Positions 39,619 through 46,101 of a DNA stretch of 64,000 nt are shown one piece after another (within the stretch, counting starts at the first letter, position 1; every line of letters begins with the position of its first letter). This DNA comes from a virus (lineage: Duplodnaviria > Caudoviricetes): positions 1,290 to 65,289 of the IMG/VR virus record IMGVR_UViG_2540341127_000002; one strand, given 5' to 3'. The notes under the pieces are model-generated. The model worked only from the letters and a program-made list of their open reading frames with translations. It ran no database searches and was not told where the DNA came from. The translations under genes and the position numbers were made by a program.

Positions 39619-40011
39619 ATGAACCGTCGTTCCTTTATGCGCAAAGCAGTGGTTGCTGTGGCTCTAGCGCCTGTCGTCGCTTTTGCCGCCGTTCGGTCAT
39701 TTTTTGATGAGCGCCGCGCCGTCGAACGGCTCTGGTTCGATCTTAAGAGCGTTCCACGCGATTTGGCGCGTCCGCGGGCTATCGACGTGGTGCGCGCATT
39801 GCAGAACATCGCCCTGAACGGCCGGGATGAAATTGCGCGCGTCATGGCGGCGCAGTCGCTCTTAGATCGCGGTTTCGGCAATCCGAGCAAAGCGCAATAT
39901 GCAGTCGTGAGAATCGATGGGGAGGGGCTCGGCGCGCTCGGCGCGATCTGCTGCGTCGATTTGAAGGGCCGGTCAATCGAAGAATTTCGGCTGATCAACG
40001 TTTCAGTCTGA
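39619..40011 (+). CDS. Protein with twin-arginine-like leader and TerS-like motif
   Basis: GGAGG RBS; MNRRSF plus hydrophobic helix; ARVMAAQSLLDRGFGNP matches TerS ARISAAKEILDRGYGKP. Confidence 0.65.
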   Translation: MNRRSFMRKAVVAVALAPVVAFAAVRSFFDERRAVERLWFDLKSVPRDLARPRAIDVVRALQNIALNGRDEIARVMAAQSLLDRGFGNPSKAQYAVVRIDGEGLGALGAICCVDLKGRSIEEFRLINVSV

Positions 40012-40237
40012 CGCCTGGGCCGCCTTCGCGCGTGTCGCCAGCATCAAGAAAGACAACGCCGGCGGTCTCAAGGGCCGACTTGATGGCGGCAAGGTTCTTG
40101 GTTTGCATGTTGGGCATGTCGTCGACCGCCTCGGCCCGCTGAAGGGCTGGGTAGGAAACGCCGCTGCGTTCCGCCAGGTCGCGGCCGGACCATTTGAGTA
40201 GAGCCCGCGCCGCCCTGATTTGCGCCCCTGTAAGCAT
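39995..40237 (-). CDS. XRE-family HTH regulator
   Basis: MLTGAQIRAARALLKWSGRDLAERSGVS...ALETAGVVF...GPGVRL. Confidence 0.88.
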   Translation of the reverse strand: MLTGAQIRAARALLKWSGRDLAERSGVSYPALQRAEAVDDMPNMQTKNLAAIKSALETAGVVFLDAGDTREGGPGVRLKR

Positions 40238-40329
40238 GGCCGCAAAATCCATAGGCGGCACGGGCTTGGCAAGGACAGTTTTTGGCATTCGTGACGCCCG
40301 CGTCGGCATGGTTGATATGGTTGCCATGG

Positions 40330-40354
40330 CTAATGATAAAAAACTTATCATTAG
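40330..40354. promoter_or_regulatory. Perfect 10-bp inverted repeat; putative operator in the divergent XRE/RAMP promoter
   Basis: CTAATGATAA-aaaac-TTATCATTAG in an AT-rich intergenic region. Confidence 0.7.
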
Positions 40355-40417
40355 AGCTTGCAATTGTGCATAAAATGATGAATATAACAACCTCCAAATT
40401 CGATCGGAGGTTGGGCT

Positions 40418-40999
40418 GTGAAAACGATCATCGCAACGCTGCGGGGGGTGTCACCGTATTCTCAATCGCGCCACTACGTGCGAGAGCTGGAGCAAGGCGA
40501 GTCAGCGGACGACAATTATCGGCGCACATGGCGTAACCATCTGCATACGGATAATTCCGGGAATGTGATCATCCCGGCGAATTCTCTGAAGAATTGCCTC
40601 TCAGAGGCGGCAAAATTCATGAGCATATCGGTTCCCGGAAAGGGAAAAGCGACCTATACGAAGAACTTTGAGGCTGGCGTGATGGTCGCTAAGTCGCCGA
40701 CGATCGGCCTAAGCAAAGACGAGGTCCAAATGGAGGCGCTGTTCCTTCCTTCCGACGGAAGGCGCGGCGGCCCCAAGCGGGTCATGAAATATTATCCGAT
40801 CATTCCCGAGTGGGAGGCGGATGCAGAATTCATCATCGTCGACGAAACCGTTTTACAGTCGTCACTCAAGGACAAGAGCCGGACGGTGTTTCAGGATGTT
40901 CTCGAAGGGGCTGGACAGTTTATTGGGATCGGGCGCTTTCGGCCTCGGAACAACGGCTATTATGGCCGGTTCGAGGTTGTCGGCATCCGAGAAATCTGA
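40418..40999 (+). CDS. Stand-alone RAMP/Cas7-like protein
   Basis: GGAGG RBS; N-terminal strand IIATLRGVSPY, IIPANSLKNCL (cf. RAMP IPGSSLKG), PIIPEWEA, Gly-rich loop AGQFIGIGRFRP...GYYGRFEV. Confidence 0.8.
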   Translation: MKTIIATLRGVSPYSQSRHYVRELEQGESADDNYRRTWRNHLHTDNSGNVIIPANSLKNCLSEAAKFMSISVPGKGKATYTKNFEAGVMVAKSPTIGLSKDEVQMEALFLPSDGRRGGPKRVMKYYPIIPEWEADAEFIIVDETVLQSSLKDKSRTVFQDVLEGAGQFIGIGRFRPRNNGYYGRFEVVGIREI

Positions 41000-41082
41000 C
41001 GTCTCGCGACGCACCATGACGCAACGCGATGCTTCTCGGCGCCGCGCGCCGCCCTGTAATGCGCCGCAACGCAACGCAACGT
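41000..41082 (+). repeat. Pentamer tract 1: YRY-NN, 17 triplets
   Basis: cgtCT cgcGA cgcAC catGA cgcAA cgcGA tgcTT ctcGG cgcCG cgcGC cgcCC tgtAA tgcGC cgcAA cgcAA cgcAA cgt. Confidence 0.9.
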
Positions 41083-41140
41083 CTCTTCGCCAGCGACAAG
41101 CAGGCTACGGCCTGCTTCCCGGTGGCGAAAGTCACCAACT

Positions 41141-41245
41141 AGCGTGCCGCTTCACCGCGTGTCGCATCGCTTCATATCGCGTTGTATTTCCCGTCATTGT
41201 GTCGCTTTGCGCCATATCGCACCGCTGCGCACCGTTTCGCAACGT
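41141..41245 (+). repeat. Pentamer tract 2: NN-YRY, 21 units
   Basis: AGcgt GCcgc TTcac CGcgt GTcgc ATcgc TTcat ATcgc GTtgt ATttc CCgtc ATtgt GTcgc TTtgc GCcat ATcgc ACcgc TGcgc ACcgt TTcgc AAcgt. Confidence 0.9.
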
Positions 41246-41271
41246 TATTCTCTCCTATCATCGGAAAGCAC

Positions 41272-41787
41272 ATGGCAAAATCTCGCTTTGAGACATCCGC
41301 AGATGTTGAGACGTGCGTCGAATATCTGCGCAAACATCAGAACTCAGGACTCATCGCTTATGTCGAGTTGTCCAAAACCACTGGACGCGAGATAGAAGGC
41401 AAGGATCGATACATCCTGGCGTCTGCGCGGCGCATTCTCGAGCGCGAAGGCATTTTTTTCGTGACCGAGACGGGCAATGGCGTGAAGCGCGCTGATGACG
41501 CTCAGCTCGCGAAGCTATCGACGGAAGAACCCATCATCAAAACCCGCCGGATCGCTAAGAGAGCGCGTAAGCGCCAAAGCTCAGTAAACATCCAGGGGCT
41601 TACAGACGAGCAGCGCATGGCGTTTTGGATTGGCAGCGCTATCCTTGGCGCTATCGATCAGGCGGCGAGTCGTGTGTTCCGCAATGCCGTGGAAGAGGCG
41701 TCGAACACATCCGACAGCCAAATCTCGCTCTCGAAGACGATTGATCTCTTCAATAAGATGAAATCGTCGAGTGACAGGCCGCAGTAG
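41272..41787 (+). CDS. Accessory protein between pentamer tracts, possible winged-helix
   Basis: GGAAAG before ATG; IAYVELSKTTGREI...ASARRILERE.IFF.TETGNGVKR; basic helix. Confidence 0.8.
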   Translation: MAKSRFETSADVETCVEYLRKHQNSGLIAYVELSKTTGREIEGKDRYILASARRILEREGIFFVTETGNGVKRADDAQLAKLSTEEPIIKTRRIAKRARKRQSSVNIQGLTDEQRMAFWIGSAILGAIDQAASRVFRNAVEEASNTSDSQISLSKTIDLFNKMKSSSDRPQ

Positions 41788-41794
41788 GTTTTTC

Positions 41795-41884
41795 AGCGTA
41801 TCGTGTCGCAGCGCGACGCGTCGCGCCGCCCGGCGTTGCACGACTCCGCGTCGCAGCGCAGCGCTTCGTAATGTAACGCAACGT
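41795..41884 (+). repeat. Pentamer tract 3: NN-YRY, 18 units
   Basis: AGcgt ATcgt GTcgc AGcgc GAcgc GTcgc GCcgc CCggc GTtgc ACgac TCcgc GTcgc AGcgc AGcgc TTcgt AAtgt AAcgc AAcgt. Confidence 0.9.
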
Positions 41885-41940
41885 TCCATTTTCCCAACGC
41901 CGAGTCGATTGTTGTCGATTGGGCGGCGGGAAACCGCTTT

Positions 41941-42065
41941 GTCGCGACGTATCGTGTCGCACCGCAACACAGCGCGGCGCTCCACGCTATATAGTTCTGA
42001 GACGCGTCGCTTCGCGACGTAACGCGCCTCCCCGCATCGCGGCGCTAAGCTACGCAACGCAACGA
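41941..42065 (+). repeat. Pentamer tract 4: NN-YRY, 25 units
   Basis: GTcgc GAcgt ATcgt GTcgc ACcgc AAcac AGcgc GGcgc TCcac GCtat ATagt TCtga GAcgc GTcgc TTcgc GAcgt AAcgc GCctc CCcgc ATcgc GGcgc TAagc TAcgc AAcgc AAcga. Confidence 0.9.
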
Positions 42066-42091
42066 TTTAAGATCAATAGGGGATACCTGCC

Positions 42092-43045
42092 TTGGATCAT
42101 CCACCGATCTCCTTCGCCCGCCCAGACTGGCGCGAGCGCATCATGGCTGGCCAGTCGCTGTTGCCAGATTTCCCGATTGACAGGCTATCAACCAAGTCTG
42201 CCGACCGCGCTTTGGAGATATGGCGCGATCTCAGAATTCCGGATGTTGCTGGCGACCCGACCTTTGGCGAAGTCGGCGCGCTATGGTTTAAGGATTTCAT
42301 CTATTCGATGTTCCTTATGAAGGGCGCGAGCCGCGTTGTCCGTGAGGCGTTCGTGATGACGCCAAAGAAATCCGGCGCGAGCACGAATTGCGCCGCGCTG
42401 ATGCTGACGGCTCTCGTTTTGAATAGCCGGCCGAACGCCGTGTTTGGGCTTTTTGGCGTGACGCAGGCTGTTGCGGAGATCGCTTTCTGTATGATGAAAG
42501 AGACGATCTCTCTCGACGATAAGCTATCAGCGCTGTTATCCGTTCGGCACCCACGCGAAATTCACCACCTGACGACTGGCGCTAGGGTTGTCGTGAAGTC
42601 TCTGAGCTCTGAAACGCTTGCATGTGAATATCTGAGCGGCGCTCTTATCGATGGTGCGCAATTGTTCCGGCATGAACGATGGGCTGACGCCCTAAGCGAT
42701 CTTCGCAGCGCTCTGGATGGGTATGAGGATTCCTTTCTCATTCTCAACGCGACGCAGTCCAGAGAATTTCCGACCGGGCCGTTCGCGCGAGAATTGATGC
42801 GCGCGCGCGCGATCCGCGACGGCGTATGTAATGCCGGCGTCTTGCCGTTGATCTATGAACCGCCGGAAGGCGTCGACTGGCAGGATCCGAAGAACTTCCC
42901 ACTGCTCCATCCTGGCGTCGGACGCACCGTCGCGGCTGAATTTTTGGAGCGCTCGAAGGAACGCGCGGAGCAAGACGGATATTTGGCTCATTGGGCCGCG
43001 CAATGGCTCAATGTGGAAACGAAGCCAATGGCGGCCGTCTCCTAG
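42092..43045 (+). CDS. Truncated terminase-large-subunit paralogue (ATPase domain only, degenerate motifs)
   Basis: PDWRERIMAGQSL, PTFG, LMLTAL, HLTTGA, RAIRDG, LPLIYE align with TerL; PKKSGAST and LIDGAQ replace Walker A/B. Confidence 0.85.
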   Translation: MDHPPISFARPDWRERIMAGQSLLPDFPIDRLSTKSADRALEIWRDLRIPDVAGDPTFGEVGALWFKDFIYSMFLMKGASRVVREAFVMTPKKSGASTNCAALMLTALVLNSRPNAVFGLFGVTQAVAEIAFCMMKETISLDDKLSALLSVRHPREIHHLTTGARVVVKSLSSETLACEYLSGALIDGAQLFRHERWADALSDLRSALDGYEDSFLILNATQSREFPTGPFARELMRARAIRDGVCNAGVLPLIYEPPEGVDWQDPKNFPLLHPGVGRTVAAEFLERSKERAEQDGYLAHWAAQWLNVETKPMAAVS

Positions 43046-43050
43046 CGCCA

Positions 43051-43710
43051 ATGATCTCGACCAAATACGCGCCTTTCGATCGCGACGTGCTGTTCGACCT
43101 CGGCGGCATGTCGCCGGAAGAGCAGAGCAAGGCGTTTGCCGCTTTCGCCCGTCAAGAAATCGCCACTGCCGATGCGCAGAACGAACGCGCGCTTGGGCGC
43201 GCCGTTTCATATGAAACCATCGTCGATCAGCGCCGTGGCGCCGCGCTCGAGAGCGTCTCGCCAAATGGCGTGATCGTCGCGAACTTCGATCTCGGGTCCG
43301 ACGTCGTTGAATGGATTTGGGCAAAGCTGATCGCTCGGTCACCATTTCTTTCCGGCGCCTTCATAAAATGGATGCTCGTCTATGCCGATGGGGTCGAAGT
43401 TGACGGTCCGGAAAATATTCCGCCGGATGCGCAGGAAATCGTGATTCTGTCGGCTGTCCCCTATGCGCGCAAGATCGAAAGCGGAAGCTCAAAGCAGGCG
43501 CCGGACGGCGTGTTCGAAGCCCTCGCGGCAATGGCCGCCCAGCGCTATGGCAATCAGGCGAAAATCCGGTTCTCGTATCGCTCGCCGATCGGTGGCGGCA
43601 CGCCGTTGGACAAATGGGCGAGCGGCAATGCGGCGAAGGCGGGTCGCAAGCAGCGCCAGCAATTCGCCAAGAACACGCGCCAGCCAGCGATCATCATCCA
43701 ATTCCGCTGA
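43051..43710 (+). CDS. Putative neck/tail-completion protein
   Basis: RSPFLSG, PYARKIE.GSSKQAPDGV, RQPAII. Confidence 0.75.
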   Translation: MISTKYAPFDRDVLFDLGGMSPEEQSKAFAAFARQEIATADAQNERALGRAVSYETIVDQRRGAALESVSPNGVIVANFDLGSDVVEWIWAKLIARSPFLSGAFIKWMLVYADGVEVDGPENIPPDAQEIVILSAVPYARKIESGSSKQAPDGVFEALAAMAAQRYGNQAKIRFSYRSPIGGGTPLDKWASGNAAKAGRKQRQQFAKNTRQPAIIIQFR

Positions 43711-43716
43711 GGGTAT

Positions 43717-44130
43717 ATGGCCTCTCTCGCCGTTATGAGCGCCGTGGAGGCGCGATTGCGCGCCGGCTGGAGCCGCGCGCCGATCGTCAGCGAAGCGAAT
43801 ACCGAGGGCGCTCAGCCGCTTGATGGCGGTCCGTATCTTACGGTCACCTACCCCGTCGCGGACGAGACGCAAATCAGCGTCGGCGCGCCTGAGTCCAACA
43901 CCTATCGGGAGGAAGGCGCGATCCGTTTCGTGCTTTCCGTGCCGTTCGGCACAGGGCTCCTGCAATGGGCTGCTTGGATCAACGAGCTACGCGATTTGTT
44001 TCGCGGCAAGGCATTTGACGGTGTCGTGACGTGGGAGGCCCCGCCTTTCGCCGTCAATGACGATACGGAAAGTGCGACGCGCTTCGAGCTCAGTTTTGCG
44101 GTCCCCTATCGCTACGACCTTTTTGCGTAA
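43717..44130 (+). CDS. Tail terminator-like protein
   Basis: YREEGAI, LRDLFRGKAF, VPYRYD. Confidence 0.75.
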   Translation: MASLAVMSAVEARLRAGWSRAPIVSEANTEGAQPLDGGPYLTVTYPVADETQISVGAPESNTYREEGAIRFVLSVPFGTGLLQWAAWINELRDLFRGKAFDGVVTWEAPPFAVNDDTESATRFELSFAVPYRYDLFA

Positions 44131-44244
44131 TTCGGCCTATGGCCGTCCGCCCATACGCGCCCTTGGGCAAGGCGTTGGAGCGCTGTGAAGCGCCTCGTCC
44201 CGCGGCCCGTCGTGAGACGTCCGCAATGAGAAGGAAGCCCTCCT

Positions 44245-45171
44245 ATGTCGATTGCGCCGACCAGCCGCACGCGCGTGGCGTATATTGCTGAATCTGCATT
44301 CGCCACGACGCCAGACACGCCGACGTTCCTTGAAATTCGTCGCACTGGCGGCAATCTTCGCACGCGAAAGGCCACGGCTGTTTCCGAGGAAATCCATATC
44401 GACCGCAATGTGCGCGCCGAATATCAGCTCGCCCAGGACGTCGAAGGGTCATATGATTTCGAGCTGACCTATGGCTCCTATGACGACATCCTGGAAGCGG
44501 CGCTCGGCGGCGCATGGTCGACGAACGTTCTCGTCAATGGCTCCGTTGAGAAAAGCCTTACCTTCGAAGAGACGATCGATGTTGGCGGCGGTAGCTTCGC
44601 CTATCACCGCTTCACCGGCGTCGAGGTCGACTCGCTCTCGCTGAACTTCACCGCGCGCCGCGGCGTCACGGGCTCGGTCACCCTGCAAGGCAAGCAGGAA
44701 GCGCTCGATACGGCGATCATCTCCGGGGCCACCTATACGGCGCCGAACACGAACGTCATCGAAACGGCGAACAGCGTCGCGTCGCTCGCTGTCGCCAGCC
44801 TGTCGCCGGTCCCGATCGTGCGCAGCCTCTCGCTCAATATCGCCAACAATCTGCGCCGGCATGAAGTTCTGGGCTCGCTCTATACGAACAGCTTCGGCTC
44901 CGGCCAGTTGGACGTCACGGGCACGCTGGAAGCCTATTTCACGTCCAACGCGCTCTATCAGGCGGTGCTCGACCATGGCACGGGCGCGCTGGCGCTGACG
45001 ATTGGTTCGGTGACGGCCAAGAAATACACAATCTCGCTTCCCGTCATTCAGTTTCTCGACGGGGCCAAAAGGCTCGGCGGGAAGAACGATGACGTCATGG
45101 TGTCGATCCCGTTCCGCGCGGTCGCTGACTCGGCGCCGAAGTCGATCTCAATCACGAGGGCCGTTGCGTAA
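44245..45171 (+). CDS. Tail tube protein
   Basis: AYIAESAFATTP, FTGVEVDSLSL, VTGTLEAYF. Confidence 0.88.
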   Translation: MSIAPTSRTRVAYIAESAFATTPDTPTFLEIRRTGGNLRTRKATAVSEEIHIDRNVRAEYQLAQDVEGSYDFELTYGSYDDILEAALGGAWSTNVLVNGSVEKSLTFEETIDVGGGSFAYHRFTGVEVDSLSLNFTARRGVTGSVTLQGKQEALDTAIISGATYTAPNTNVIETANSVASLAVASLSPVPIVRSLSLNIANNLRRHEVLGSLYTNSFGSGQLDVTGTLEAYFTSNALYQAVLDHGTGALALTIGSVTAKKYTISLPVIQFLDGAKRLGGKNDDVMVSIPFRAVADSAPKSISITRAVA

Positions 45172-45368
45172 TGAAACAGGTCGAAATCCTCACCACCTTC
45201 CGAGGCTATCCCGACGACACGGTCGCCTCGGAAACGGTCTATGTGGCCGGCGCGAAGGTCTCACTGCAAGACGCCTTCGCCGACCTCATCATCAAAAAGG
45301 GCCTCGCCAGGGAAATCGTCGATCACCCCGCCCGCGCCGCCAATGTCAAATCGGAGCCTGCGCCGTGA
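45171..45368 (+). CDS. Small hypothetical protein
   Basis: Coupled on both sides; FRGYP. Confidence 0.65.
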   Translation: MKQVEILTTFRGYPDDTVASETVYVAGAKVSLQDAFADLIIKKGLAREIVDHPARAANVKSEPAP

Positions 45369-45844
45369 AGCTTTCGGACATCAAAAGAAACGTCGCCGCC
45401 GAGAAATCCGGGCGCTGGATCGATATCAAACAGCCTGAGTTCGATGGCGTCGCCCTCAAGGTGCGCGGGATCGGCAACCCCGATTATGAGGCGCTGAAAG
45501 CCCGGCTGATCGAGATGCGCGCGCCAGCCGATCGAGAAAAGGACCTCGACGCCAATGAAATCGCGCAGCTGCTCGGCGAGACGATTTTGTTCGGCTGGCG
45601 CGGCATTTTGAACGACGACGCGACGCCCTTGGTTTTCGACGTCGCGACGGCCATGCGATATCTCGCCGACCCGGAGTATGGCGACTTCCGGTCTGCCGTG
45701 ATCTGGGCGGCCCAGAACGTCGGGCGCGACCGCTACGCCAGCGCGGAGCAAGACGCAAAAAACTCACCGCCGCTCTGCGCTGGACGCTCGAATGGGGCGG
45801 GTCGGCGGACTGGCTCGCCGATGCCGCGCAAGAGCAGGGAATAG
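45365..45844 (+). CDS. Tail assembly chaperone (gpG-like)
   Basis: LKVRGIGNPDY, ILFGWRGI; slippery A AAA AAC at 45757-45763. Confidence 0.8.
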   Translation: MKLSDIKRNVAAEKSGRWIDIKQPEFDGVALKVRGIGNPDYEALKARLIEMRAPADREKDLDANEIAQLLGETILFGWRGILNDDATPLVFDVATAMRYLADPEYGDFRSAVIWAAQNVGRDRYASAEQDAKNSPPLCAGRSNGAGRRTGSPMPRKSRE

Positions 45845-46098
45845 AGCCGAAGGCGCTGGCCGATCGCGTCGACCCGGCCCAACATCTTCTCATCGTCTGG
45901 CGGGCGTTCTGGGCGCTGACGAATGATCGGCCCTTCGGCGCGATGGGCGGGATGGGCTACATCCCGTTCCTCGCGATCGATCGCTACGCGGCCCGCTACG
46001 GCATTTCCGACGTTGATGAATTTGAGCGGTTCCAAACGCTGCTGCGCCAGATGGACGACGACTATCTTGCCTGGATTGTCGAACATAAGGACGATTGA
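45757..46098 (+). CDS. -1 frameshift extension of the tail assembly chaperone (gpT-like)
   Basis: -1 frame open from the slippery site: ...WRAFWALTNDRPFGAMGGMGYIPFLAIDRYA...; stop just before tape measure. Confidence 0.8.
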   Translation, partial: KKLTAALRWTLEWGGSADWLADAAQEQGIEPKALADRVDPAQHLLIVWRAFWALTNDRPFGAMGGMGYIPFLAIDRYAARYGISDVDEFERFQTLLRQMDDDYLAWIVEHKDD

Positions 46099-46101
46099 TT
46101 T

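Noticed and set aside
41000-42065. Canonical CRISPR array next to the Cas7-like gene
   Set aside because: No identical 23-47 nt repeats separated by spacers, and no cas1/2/3/5/6; the periodicity is 5 nt.
41000-42065. Simple (CGCAA)n microsatellite
   Set aside because: Register is preserved without indels while variation is concentrated at two of five positions, in four separate tracts with common ends.
40821-42320. Arg/Ala/Thr-rich ORFs over the tracts (e.g. 40821-41291, 41581-42057, 41771-42022, 41919-42320)
   Set aside because: Low-complexity QRNAT-type translations expected from a stop-poor pentamer repeat; they overlap better-supported genes.
45757-45763. Programmed -1 frameshift as a novelty
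   Set aside because: Likely real, but a standard feature of long-tailed phage chaperone genes; listed as a feature only.
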